The position numbers and the translations under genes were made by a program. This document shows positions 10,932 to 22,655 of a DNA stretch of 64,000 nucleotides, piece after piece. The stretch's first letter is position 1. Every line of letters begins with the position of its first letter. This stretch comes from a virus (Duplodnaviria > Caudoviricetes): positions 32,001 through 96,000 of the IMG/VR virus record IMGVR_UViG_3300014039_000012; one strand, given 5' to 3'. The notes beneath the pieces were generated by a model. The model was not told where the DNA came from and did no database searches. It was given only the letters and a program-made list of their open reading frames with translations.

Positions 10932-11543
10932 ACCGGCGAAACGTGGGCGTCGAATGAAGATCTATCTGTCTCGACGGCTACTGTTATTTATGCCTGGAAA
11001 GTATTTGAAATTGACTTTCACAGTAACAATATATCTTATGTGCGATTGAGTTTTCCGGATGATTTTTTATTGGACTATAGTGACACTAAAGTATATAATG
11101 CAAATGGTTGTTTTATGGGTTGGTTGGATGACGCCTACCACGCCATCACCTTTTCTATGTCCCAACTGGTGGCCTTTTGTCTGACTGCAAGCGAATGGGG
11201 CGAAATAGGGGCGGCAACCGAATATACGCCGACATGGAATGTAAGCGATTTTGCTCCAAATGGAATTACCGTTAAAGTTAACGACGATGAAATTTCAAGT
11301 CCATATACATTAATTAACGGAGACAGAATAACATTGGATTCTGCAGATGCTATTGTTATTAATGGAGTGGTTTATGTAGAGAACACACGCTTTGATTTAT
11401 CAAACGTTGATATTATTATAACAAGAGACTTGACTCCAAATTTATACTCCAGTAATTCAGCACTTATCATTAACTATATTGCCCAACAATGTATAAACCT
11501 TCCGGTGTATAGGTTAACCGGAATTTCAAAAACAAATAAATAA
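10932..11543 (+). pseudogene. Degenerate in-frame continuation of 6555-10931 beyond a single TAG
   Basis: The same frame continues TGETWASNE...IDFHSNN..GWLDDAYHAITF, homologous to the module in 55812-56618. Its expected end (PTG.LL...LQANGAK) lies in shifted frames at 11162-11208. Confidence 0.6.
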
Positions 11544-11587
11544 TAAAAACAATAATTTACAATAACAGAAAGGAGGGTCCTCGAGAA

Positions 11588-12622
11588 ATGGGGAAACGCT
11601 CAACGGTATACCATGAACTGGTCACTCCAGAAAAGTGGGACAAAGTTAATAAAAAAAATAAAAATCTAATCAACGAATTTACGGATTATTTGCGTTCGGC
11701 AAACAAATCTCCTGCGACAATCAAACAATATGAAGCACAATTACGTACTTTTTTCGTGTTTGTGTTGGAGAGATGCGAAAATAAATTTTTTGTTGATCTA
11801 AAAAAGAGAGAATTTGTTAAATATTTTGGATATTTGACAAATGAATTGGAGGTTTCTCCGAACAGAATTTGTTCAATGAGAGCCGTCCTTTCAAGTTTAT
11901 CTAATTTTATTGAAAGAATTTTGGATGAAGATTATCCGCAGTTCCGCAATCTTGTAAAAGTTTTGGAACCAGTGGATAAAGCTTTTGTTCGCGAGCGTCC
12001 TGCGCTAACAATGGATCAAATTAAAGAATGTTTGGAAAAATTGGAAGCGGATAAGAAATATCAAGTCGCTTGCTGTCTTGCGGTTCTTGCGGCAAGCGGA
12101 ATGCGCAAAAGCGAAGTAATTCAAATGAAAATGGAATATTTCGAAAAAGATAGACTAATTTATAATGGACTTGCCTATGAAACAGATAAGATTCGTACAA
12201 AGGGTCGTGGAAAAGCCGGGAAAGTTGTAACGAGAATTGTGTTTCGTAATTTGGTTGATTTAGACCATTATATTGATTTGTGGCGCAAAAAGCGCGAAGA
12301 ACTTGGGATCAAAGATGAATGGATGTTTGTTGTTTATCACGATGGTTCGTATGAGCAAGCAACCCAATCGACAATTAATTCTTTTGCAAGAACAATTGGA
12401 AAATATCTTGGAGAAGACTTTTTCGTCCATAATGTGAGACATACAACTTCGACGGCGTTGGAACTTGCTGGATACCCGATTGATGTTGTGCAGACAATTT
12501 TCCGTTGGGCAGATCCAAAAATGGTTAAATATTATTCAAATATTAGCGATACACAGTCATTGGAAAACTTTTTTGCTAATATGAACAAAGAAGAAAAAGA
12601 AGAAAGTGAGGAAAATAAATAA
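11588..12622 (+). CDS. Tyrosine recombinase (XerC/D-like)
   Basis: N-terminal SPATIKQY core-binding motif; catalytic GMRKSE, HNVRH, FRWAD (W at the second His position) and VKYY. Confidence 0.9.
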   Translation: MGKRSTVYHELVTPEKWDKVNKKNKNLINEFTDYLRSANKSPATIKQYEAQLRTFFVFVLERCENKFFVDLKKREFVKYFGYLTNELEVSPNRICSMRAVLSSLSNFIERILDEDYPQFRNLVKVLEPVDKAFVRERPALTMDQIKECLEKLEADKKYQVACCLAVLAASGMRKSEVIQMKMEYFEKDRLIYNGLAYETDKIRTKGRGKAGKVVTRIVFRNLVDLDHYIDLWRKKREELGIKDEWMFVVYHDGSYEQATQSTINSFARTIGKYLGEDFFVHNVRHTTSTALELAGYPIDVVQTIFRWADPKMVKYYSNISDTQSLENFFANMNKEEKEESEENK

Positions 12623-13887
12623 TGCCAACATATACTACCCCTCCCGTTTGGTACAACTCAGCCGGGGTTAAAAGCGAAAGTTTGTCCGCAATAGAATATC
12701 CTTGTAATGCAATTTCAAATACCGCATTTGGAAAGAATAGTTTCGCAGGAATAATTGGCTCAAATATAGATTCTGCTGTTGCGGTTGGAAATCATGCACA
12801 AGCAACCGCAAATAGAGCAATCGCAATCGGTGGAGAAGATGCAGATAACGAAAGACTTACGCAAGCAACTGGAACGGGTTCTATTGCAATCGGATCGGGA
12901 GCGCAAGTAAATGAGATTGGCGGAATCGCAATAGGAAGCAGCTCTTTTGCAAGATCTAATTCTGTAACGATTGGAAATGGTATTTCAAATGTAGCAGAAA
13001 ATGCGGTTTCTATTGGCTATAACTCAGCGGTAACAACATCGAGTTCAATTGCAATTGGGTCTGCGCAAGCAAATGGACTCGTTTCAATTGCTATTGGCGC
13101 AACTGCGCAAGCTGACGGCAATTTTTCTGTCGCAATTGGAGATGGAGCAACTGCAAATGTCGCCAATAGCATCGCCATTGGTAATGCTGCATTTGCAAAT
13201 AGTGCTAATATGATCCAGCTCGGAGGCAATGATAGTACATATACGTTAAATATTGGAAATAGGACATTGGTTGATGCGAATGGAGTAATCGCGGCAAACT
13301 CATATAAGGTTGGGGAAAATTATGTTATCGGCAACGATCGCAGCATTAGTGGAACGAGCGTGACCGCAACCGGAAGCGTAAAAGGAGACAATATTATATC
13401 AAATGTTTTCAAGCAAGATTTGTTCGGTAACTCTTATATTTATCATAGTTACTTAAATTTAAAGAATTTTAAAAATCGCGCGTCCGATTCTTCTATAACG
13501 CTTGCCGATTTTACAAAAAAAGTTAGTAGAACTGGTTCTGCAAGATTTGGTTTTTATAATTTTTCAGAAATTACATCAGTTGGAGCAGATTGTTTATATT
13601 TGGTAAAAATTGTTGCTTCTGGCGGCACAGGAGATCAAACTTGGGAAAACGAATATTCTTCTTTGTTATCAACAATAGACGCAAAAGGAAAATGTGTTTT
13701 CGATATATATGCGGATAACACATCTGTTGAGAGCCAATATAAATGGGGAACTGTTGGTGTTACTTTCTGGTATACTTCTGAATTTGATAGTGCTTCAAGA
13801 GAATGTTTTTTGACATATAGCGGAACAACTGTTGAAATTACAATAACATGTAAAATATATTTGATTGGTAATAATGGACAATCGTAA
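12622..13887 (+). CDS. Fibre/adhesin with YadA-like head repeats
   Basis: Many (S/A)IAIG repeats; paralogue of 57033-57875 (shared TPPVWY start). Confidence 0.75.
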   Translation: MPTYTTPPVWYNSAGVKSESLSAIEYPCNAISNTAFGKNSFAGIIGSNIDSAVAVGNHAQATANRAIAIGGEDADNERLTQATGTGSIAIGSGAQVNEIGGIAIGSSSFARSNSVTIGNGISNVAENAVSIGYNSAVTTSSSIAIGSAQANGLVSIAIGATAQADGNFSVAIGDGATANVANSIAIGNAAFANSANMIQLGGNDSTYTLNIGNRTLVDANGVIAANSYKVGENYVIGNDRSISGTSVTATGSVKGDNIISNVFKQDLFGNSYIYHSYLNLKNFKNRASDSSITLADFTKKVSRTGSARFGFYNFSEITSVGADCLYLVKIVASGGTGDQTWENEYSSLLSTIDAKGKCVFDIYADNTSVESQYKWGTVGVTFWYTSEFDSASRECFLTYSGTTVEITITCKIYLIGNNGQS

Positions 13888-13931
13888 AATAATTTTATTA
13901 AAAGATTATAAAAAGGAGGTATTAAAAATAA

Positions 13932-14321
13932 ATGGCAGATTATGTAAGTCAATATACTGGCGCAAAAATTGATCAGGCTATCGGGGCATATTTTTCCGGC
14001 GATACTCGATCGACTATTGTAGTGAGAGTAAGCTCTGGGAAATGGCAAGAAAGACCGGGTAGTATTTCTTTAAATTCAAAATATTATATAAAAATTGAAT
14101 GCTCTGGCACTTCTTATATTGGGCATATGCCCGAATGTTTTTTGATAAGCACTCCAGTTGGAGATCGGATTGAACCAGAATTATTATATCTTGCCGAAGG
14201 CGCCGCAGAAGGAACAACAGAAATATGGATAGGTTCTAACATAAAATTTAATTGTGATGTGGTTCTTATTGGGTCTTCTCCAATTAGTCCGGAGTCTAAT
14301 ACCGTGGTAGTTACAACTTAA
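13932..14321 (+). CDS. Small virion protein
   Basis: SD GGAGG; N-terminal SQYTGAKIDQAI fibre-type motif. Confidence 0.6.
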   Translation: MADYVSQYTGAKIDQAIGAYFSGDTRSTIVVRVSSGKWQERPGSISLNSKYYIKIECSGTSYIGHMPECFLISTPVGDRIEPELLYLAEGAAEGTTEIWIGSNIKFNCDVVLIGSSPISPESNTVVVTT

Positions 14322-14358
14322 TTTATTTATTTTTTATGAAAGGAGATCGAAAGGGGTT

Positions 14359-15078
14359 ATGGAAGAAAATAAGCAAATAACACAAGAACAAAAAGAACAA
14401 GAAAATCAGGAAGTAGAAAACGATTCAAAAGTAAACCTTTCTCCTGATTCGGTAGATATATTAGACCTACTTGAAACAGCTTCATCGTGGCTTGTTTCGC
14501 CAGAAAATAAAGAGGCAGAAAAGAAATTTAATGAGATTAAAAATCAAATTATTGTGAAATCTTTTCTGCCCCTAACGATGAAAAACGCACTCGTGAAGAA
14601 AGCGATTTTTGACTTGCGAACATCGGACGATTCAATTGACGAATTTCCGCAAGCATTGGAAATCTCGCTTTTATTCAATGTTCTTTTTGCATATACGAAT
14701 ATTGAATGGGAAGACGGACTTGAAGTAAAAGACGCCGCATTTTATGATATTTTGTGGGCATCTGGCGTGTGCGATATGATTTTGGAATATTGTCGTCCGG
14801 ATTATGAAAGAGTAGTTCGGATGGTTGAAAATATGTTTTCGTTTGAGAACTTATATAATTTAGTTGAGACAATCAACAAGATGACACCCGACAGTGTGGA
14901 AGAGCTGACCAAAGAAGTGAAGAGGATTAGATTGGAATCTGATCCGAAGATTCTTCACGATTATGCAACACTTGCGAGATCGAGCGATCCACTCCTGCAT
15001 AAAGTTGCAGACGCTGTTGAGGAAACCGCATACAAAGCGGTAAATACGGGCTCGGAAGAAGAGGGCGTAAAAGAATAA
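14359..15078 (+). CDS. Acidic helical protein, possible tail assembly chaperone
   Basis: Lies directly upstream of the tape-measure gene; acidic and helical. Confidence 0.45.
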   Translation: MEENKQITQEQKEQENQEVENDSKVNLSPDSVDILDLLETASSWLVSPENKEAEKKFNEIKNQIIVKSFLPLTMKNALVKKAIFDLRTSDDSIDEFPQALEISLLFNVLFAYTNIEWEDGLEVKDAAFYDILWASGVCDMILEYCRPDYERVVRMVENMFSFENLYNLVETINKMTPDSVEELTKEVKRIRLESDPKILHDYATLARSSDPLLHKVADAVEETAYKAVNTGSEEEGVKE

Positions 15079-15088
15079 AACGTGAATC

Positions 15089-15120
15089 AAATTGGCGTTT
15101 TATTCAGAAGCGCCAATTTT
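15089..15120 (+). terminator. Stem-loop/terminator upstream of the tape-measure gene
   Basis: AATTGGCG(T) / (A)GCGCCAATT stem running into a short T tract. Confidence 0.6.
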
Positions 15121-15176
15121 CCTCCGGGAGGAGAAATTTTTTTAGCAAAATGATTATGAACGGAGGATGAAATATT

Positions 15177-18100
15177 ATGTATTCCGATAAAGAATCTTTA
15201 AGGAAAATATTTTCAGATGCGGGATTTATAGATGTTGGTACCGGGCAATATCTAAGCGGACGTGGCGTGGGAGATGTTGGGCAGGCAAAGGCTGTAGTAT
15301 CTGCTCAGCAAAATAATTTAATAAATAGTATATACACTCTTGGCGCTCAGCTTTCAAGCGCAGGCATCAATTCTCAAACAAGCATTAAAAATAATAATTT
15401 AATTTTTGAATATTGGGATTCTAAAGATCCGTCATCAAAAGAGACAATTATACAGCCATTGCCAGATATGACTACGGTCGGTAAAAATATTGAAAATTTT
15501 GTTGGCGTTTTTGTGAGAAATAAATTACAATTCGTTGCCAACAGCGCTGCAAATATTGCCGTTGCAAATCAGAGAATGGCGACAGAATGGGGAAAACAAC
15601 AACTAAAAACCAATAAAGTTGCGGCCGTTAAACAGATTTTTCAATGGGCAAGAAAAGATGTTCTGGAACTATCGAGCACTGCTGGTTCAGAAGCAGTTTC
15701 TGATGCGTTTAAGGAAACAACGGCGGGAAGTGCGGCGGTTAATGCACAAAATGCTCAAAGGGTAAAATTAAAGCCTTATTTTCAAGGCGTAGCTTTTGCC
15801 AGCGGAATTGATTTTGAGAAATTTAATAACGAACTATATGAAATGTTTGCGTTGGTAACTATGGCACGAGATTTTCAAACCGCGAGAAAGGTACTTGATA
15901 GTGATCCAACTTTCAAAAAATTAAGAGAAAATAAACAATCATACGAAAAAGCTTTAAGATTATTTAATTCTGCGAGAAATCAAAACTTTGGACTCGGAAT
16001 AGCGGCGACTTCTGAAACATCTCAAGAAGGTTTGACTTTTTCTTTTGAGGGAGCAGAAACCACTATAGATCCTTTGGGAGGAGCTCGCCCTGCGTATAAG
16101 AGGGGTCAGCATAGGCCAGCTCGAATGAAAATGGTTTCTGACGTAAAATTATTTACAAGCCCAATTGCATCTAAGCACGGAGAGGGGCTTGGCTTAAAAT
16201 ATGGTCAAAGGGCCGCAGTTGCCAGAGGCGAGGCAATTCCGTTTGATGCTTTACTGAAAGGAATGGAAGTTAAAGAATCTGATCTTAAAGGAACGGGGAT
16301 GTCTATTCACGGCGGTCAGATGGAAATAACACCAGAAGCTGCGGAAATGTTTGGAACCGCGATGCAAGAATTTAATATCATTCTGACGCCAGATGATATA
16401 CAAGATTTTATTGAAAAAGAGCAAAAAAAGAAAAGAAACAAAAATAAGACAAAAGAACAGCTTATGGAGACTCTTATTAGTAAGACAATTGGAGAAACCG
16501 GACTGTCAGATGTCGATTTTCAAAAACTTGTAGATGAAGAAACGGGCGCAATAACCCTTGTTGGCAGCGGACGTAAGGCGTATAAAGATTTTCAGCGCGT
16601 TACAAGCGCGTCAGGCATTCGTGCAGCAACACATAAGTCAACAAAAGAAGCGTTTTCTCAATTAACTTCTCAATTAATGGATGTGGAAGACGAGGAAATT
16701 AGTTTTATCGTTGGACAAAGTGAGCTAAACAGCAGAAACTATCAAGAGGTGCTTGAACAAGATATAAGAACTGTTTTTGCTGAAGCGTATCAAAACAAAT
16801 TGGGTGCCTCTCAAAAAGGTCTTAAAGAACTAAAAGAAATCATCGAAAGAGATGCCGCAACCGAAGGGGATTTCAAGGAAATTGCTGGCATTTTTAAGGA
16901 TGCGTTTGAGTTCGATGAAGATAGTGGCCTTGTTTATGTGACTAACGATTGGCGTCAAAAAATGCAAGAATCTTCTGACCAAGATATTTTTGGTAGAGCG
17001 TTATTATATATAGACAATCTCATTCACGGTGAGCAAGAAAAGGATAAACATTTTTATAGTGAAACGGTTGATGAAGCTGGTCGTTTAATTGTAAAGAGAA
17101 ACGACCAAGTTAGAAGATATTTTTACGACGCAGTCAGCGCAACCGATCAATATAGATATGGAGAGTGGTCGCAGAGAGGCGCTGTTTCGCTATCTTCTGG
17201 CGCAGATTCATTAAGAAGATTGGCCGGAACAGTAAGTTCGAATGTTCGTGTTGGTGGTAGAAAATTGACACCGGAAGAAATAGTGGAAGCTGCGAATTCT
17301 ATAGCTGGAAGACTTGAGCCAACAAAAGAACAGCAAGAAATGCTTGATAGGGCGCAGAAGGCAGAGGAGGAAGCTCGTAATCTTACTTTATCGACAATGC
17401 GTTCTGATTTTACAAAATTTGGCGATGACGTAGTCGTAATTGGTCGCGGTGCAGATGCGGGAATAAATATTTCTGACATAAAACCAGCGGCGGAATACAA
17501 ATACGGAAAACCAACTAACGAAGAAGAAATGCTCGTTGGGCGCATTGAAGAGTATAAAAAGAAATATATTCAAGAACAAGTTGCAAGAGGCGTAGCAGAG
17601 GAAGAAGCAAAAAAAATGGCGGATGCCTTAAAATTTGCAATAGATTTGGAGCAAGGGGTTTCTTCTTCTGTAAAATATGACGACAAAATTTATGGTGTCG
17701 GGGGAAAATATTTTGTATTAAGAGAGGGGTTTGATGCCCAAACAGGTGGGGCGAAAGAGGCTCAGTCTCTTATCAATGCTATAAATGAAGGAAAAACGGA
17801 TGCTATTTCGGGTAGATTTGCAAGTGCGCTGAAAGCAAGTTATGAAGATGTCCACACAAAAAGAGGTCAGACGTATAAAAGAATTTGGAAACAAAAGCAA
17901 CCAGAAAGTATGTACGGGAGCGTCGGTACGTTTGGTGCGGCCGATGTTTTAACAGATGAAGAATATGAAAAGGCAGACAATGTTGCAAAATTAAAGAGTG
18001 ATATTGCGTCTGCCGGTGCTGCCATTTCTGCAAAAACAGCAAAAAAAATGCTGAAGGCAACTGACATCAAAGAACTCAGGGAAATGTACTCGACGTTTTC

Positions 18101-21100
18101 CGGAATTGAAGATGTTGAAGGTTTAAAAAAAGGAGATTTAATCGAAAATATAATTAAATATTTGACGATTGACTCTGATGAATTTAAGCAAGCTGCTTCA
18201 TCTGGCAGATTGAAAGAAGGTATTCGCAGCGTTGCTGGTCGTTTACCATTTATGAGCGGACTTGATATGAATGCAATTAATAAATTGTTCATAGCATCTG
18301 ATTTGGAAGACGACGGGGTCAGACTTTCTCTCGGTGGCGCGCTGAAAATGAATGCTGACTACGACGGAGATAAAGTTGCAATTGCCAGAATAAAAGATTT
18401 GAACGAACAAGAAAGAGCACTCTATGATGCTATGGCAGAAAGAACATCAAAAGTTCTTCGAACAATGGCGCTTATTGAAAAAGCCAACCAAGAAAAAGCA
18501 GACAAAGAGTCTGAGACGGTGCTTGGGAGTGAGCAATCTGATATTTTAAAAAATAAAAATATTGAATTTGCGGCGTCTATTGCGTCTCGTTTCGGTAAAT
18601 CGTCTACGGGCATTTTCTCGAACATTGCGAGTGAATTAAGGGCTTGGGTAAAAGAAGAAGGTCTTGATGAAATTTCTCTGCTTGAAAGTGGTGGCGGTGA
18701 TGCCGATCAAATAAAAACCGCAATTCAAGCTTCTATAATGAGATCGTTCTTTGAAGCTATGGAGCAGGATGTTATTAGTTCAAAAAAAACTATTAACAGG
18801 ATGGCAAAAATTCAAAGACAAAAAGATACTGGAGTAGATTCAGAGGACTTTAAATCTGAATCGGAAATGGAAGAGTTTTATCTTAAAAGCGTCTTTTCAG
18901 TAAGAGATTTGGTTAATAGATTTTTTGATAGAGAAAATGGACTAACTTTTAAAGAGTTGGTTGACACTCTTCAAGAAATGGGCGTGGTTGATGGATCTGA
19001 CGAAAATGCATTTTTAAAAGGGCGAGTTCCGCAACAATTAATGGCTTCTGCGGAAGGAATGGTGGCCGGAAGATCTGATGCTGATGATATCCTAAAAAGT
19101 GTTTTTGGAGAAAATTTCAAAAGTTTTGTAGAGTTGTCTAAATCAGACAAAGAAATAGAATATGGTAAATTGTCCAAAAATGTTGTTATGGGTGCCATTG
19201 AAAATATGGCTGGCTCTCTTGGTGTCGATGTAGAGGATTTATTAAGTTCGGCAACTAGACATAAATATACACCAGAAAAACAATCTATAACCGAAGAGAA
19301 TATGGCGTATTGGTTGTCTGGAAAACAATTGATTAATAAAAGTATTTTAGATCCTACATTTTATGATCAAATTGTTAAAAATGCTAATGAAGCAGAAGAT
19401 GCCGTTGATAGTGAACGAGTGGCAGAAGAAAAGAAAATTAAGGTTGCTAAAGATGAGGCAAAAGCAATTCTTGAAGCAAGTAGAGCCTATGGGACTCTTT
19501 CTGGGCAATTGGCAGATGCAAAAGACGCTTATGATAAATTCGGAACCGGGAAAAGTTATGGCGCAACTGCTCACGATATTGCAAGTTTGTTAAATCCATC
19601 CAGTTATACTGTTGTTGAAGGAAAATCCATTAGTAGAGACGCGCTGGCAGAACAAATTGTTTCGGCTACTTCTGCAAAATCTGATTCGGAACTTTATAAA
19701 ATAAAGAAAGAACTGGGAGACTCAAATTATATTCAAGCGCTTAAAGAGACGGCAGAGGCGTTAGATAAAGGAGCCGAGGAAAGACTCGCTGCTCAATCTG
19801 GTTTAACCGGAACAGATTTATTAAAAGAAAGAAACAGATTAGTTAGAGAAGCAAAGCAGAACGCAGAAGCTCGCCTTGGATTTAAAGGTACAATTAAAGA
19901 GTTTAGAGACAAGAGAGAATCCTTTATCCACACCCAAGAAGGCACTTACATTCACGCATTAGCTCAACAAATCGACACTGCGGGGAAAGATAACGTAATT
20001 AATGCAGAGGTAGAAAAGCAGCGAGCTCTTCTCGGTGCTCAAATGAGATCGCTTGGTTTTGCAGAATCTGAGATTACTAAAAGGGTTGAAAAGGCAAGTA
20101 CAAGCGCAAAAGCATTATATGAAAAAACGAGATCATTCGGCAATGTAGATTTTACAGAACAAAAGCTGACTTCTACACAAAGTGGTTCGCAAGGTTTTGT
20201 TCACGGCGCTGCCGACGCAATTGCGATTGATGAAAACGGCAATATTACGATTATTGACTGGAAGACAGGACAGAAATCTATTACAGACGAAAACAAGGCA
20301 CAGGTTGCGGTTTATCAATCGATACTTGAAGAATACAGAGGAAAGCTTAAAGATATTTACGAGAAGAGCTTCGATGGCAAATTTGCTTTAAGAAATCAAA
20401 GTGGCGATGATTCTTATGTCGAAGACATAATTAATCAGTTTTATAAAGAGAATATTGTTCATGAAGGATTGAAAGCAAGGTTTGGAGAAGAAGGGGCGAA
20501 GGATTTATTACGAAAGATTCTCTTGACCGGTGGCGGCAGAGAGGACGCGGAAGGGAACAGGATATTTGACCAAGCAATAAGGGGCGCTATCGTACTTTCA
20601 AATTCTCAAGGCATTAGTAGTTGGTCCGGCGCTGGTGGCATTCCTCCTGTTCTTGCAGAAAAACTTCTTTATAATCCAGAAAATTTAAGCCGTGATGAAA
20701 AAGCGATTATTTACGCTGGCGGTACGTATATTCCTGCTGGTTCTTCTACTGGTAAAAAAGGAAAAGGAAAATCGTCCGGAGGAGGATCTTCTGCGGGCGG
20801 AAGTAGCGAAAGAGAAAATTCCTTAAAGTCTGAATATATTAAGCTTCTTAAAGAACAGTACGATCTTATGATAAAGATCAATATTCTCGAACACAAGAGA
20901 GATGAAATGCTTGGCCGTGGAGAAGATGTAACGGCTGTAGAAAAGGATATAGACGTCTTAAAATCGGCTCTCGAGCAACAGAAAGAAATTCTTTCTGATA
21001 AACGTTTTAAAAAAACAGCAAAAGACAAAGGCGTTTTAGATTATATTTCTACGCAAGAGCATCGGGTTTCTTATCAAAAATCTCTTCTTGGTGTTGGAGA

Positions 21101-22259
21101 TGCAGAAGATACACTGAGAGCTTTTGAAAGATACGCTACAAAGCGCATGAAGCTTGAAAGCGAGATTGAACAAGCGCAACTTAAAGCCAGCACAACAGTT
21201 GGGAATGAGAAAAAAGCTTGGGAAAATGTTGTTGCATTAAAACAACAAAGTTTGAAAGTATCCGAGGACACTTATGAGATTCTGAAGAAGCAAGCAATTG
21301 GTGTTGATAAAGATAGAGCCCAAGAGATTATTGATGCTGTTGATCAGCAAAAAGCAATACTGTCTGCCCAAAAGCTCGCTGGCAATCGGGGCAATCGTAC
21401 AATCTTCGATGTTATTAAATCCGACATTCAACGTGCGACGATGCGTATCACCGATTTTGGTCTTGCGGCAAAAGTTCTCAATACTGCTCGCAAAGAAATT
21501 CAGCAAGTTTATCAGAATATTTTAAAGCTTGACGAAGCAATGACGAATCTTCGCATTGTTACCGGTTCCAACACCGAGCAAGCGAAGAGTATGATGAATA
21601 CCTACAACGATCTTGCAATGCAGCTCGGTACAACTACGCAAGCGGTTGCGTCTTCTGCGGCGGAATGGTTGAGACAGGGTTATTCTGTTTCTGAAACCAA
21701 CGAGCTGATTAAGTCTTCGACGTATTTGTCTCGTCTTGGCTTTATGGATATGAATCAGTCTGTTACGGCGCTGACCTCTGTTATGAAAGGTTTCCGTATT
21801 GAGGCAACCGACTCGATGGATATTGTCGATAAGCTGACGCAGCTTGATGCGAAATACGCAACCACGGCTGGCGATATCGCTACGGCTCTTTCGAGAACTT
21901 CTGCAGTTGCTCGCGAAGCAGGGCTCGATCTTGACCAGACAGCGGCGGCATTGACTACGATGATTGACGTATCACAGCAGGATGCAAGCAGCGTTGGTAA
22001 CGCTTTCAGAACGATTCTTGCGCGATACGGAAACGTTAAAGCTGGTGCGTTTACTTCTTTGGTTGGTGACTCTGATGATATTGATGACACAAATGGTTCT
22101 ATAAACGATACCGAAAAGGTGCTTGGAGCGATTGGAATTAAAATTCGTTCGTCTTCAAGTGATATGCGTGATTTTGACGACGTTATGGATGAACTTGCTG
22201 ATAAGTGGGTAACTCTTACAGACGTCGAAAAGAATGCCGTTTCAACGGCACTCGCAGGT
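15177..22259 (+). CDS. Exon 1 of giant tape-measure polyprotein: two-barrel RNA polymerase-like region, PD-(D/E)xK nuclease and phage tape-measure core domain
   Basis: NADYDGD at 18351-18371; GRLP at 18237; R-x7-R at 16596-16622; GTYIH...AAD...IIDWKTG...QVAVY nuclease motifs; LDEAMTNLRIVTG...GNAFRTILAR...DELADKW...STALAG tape-measure motifs. Confidence 0.85.
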
Positions 22260-22655
22260 GAACTAGCGCCTGTGTGTGGGCTAAAATACACACAAAGAAC
22301 ACATTTAATTGCAGGTAAAATCTTAGAGCCTTTTACCACAATAATCAAGAAATTAGATTATGACGGTTTGAAAACAAAAGGATTGGTAGATCTGCAGCGA
22401 AGCTCCTAAATGAATATTTCACAAGGAGAACGTTCAACGACCATCCCCCGATGAGGGGCATATTAATTATGTTACAGGAGTACGGCGCAAATAAAGGCGT
22501 GGGTGAAAATCCCTTAAATGGAAATGGTGTGGCTCGGTATGAAAATACAGGGTTAAGAAATGGTCTATTCTTACGCGAAAGCGTAAGCTGAAATTTGATA
22601 TAATTAAATTATATTAAATTTCGGGTCGGAGTTATGAACCGACCGAATATTAAAA
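22260..22655 (+). ncRNA. Group I intron (ORF-less, 396 nt) in tape-measure gene
   Basis: P1 gcaggU/Gccugu with U.G pair; P10 cuagc/guuag; core elements GTTCAACGACCAT and AAGAAATGGTC (P7). Removal restores ALAG|VRQRNIF in frame. Confidence 0.88.

Noticed and set aside
11588-13887. Shufflon or invertible tail-fibre switch driven by the recombinase
   Set aside because: All fibre genes are co-oriented; no inverted partial cassettes or flanking inverted crossover sites seen.
14359-15176. Programmed -1 frameshift tail chaperone (lambda G/GT type)
   Set aside because: No convincing slippery heptamer with a substantial downstream alternative frame; the gap is short and holds a hairpin.
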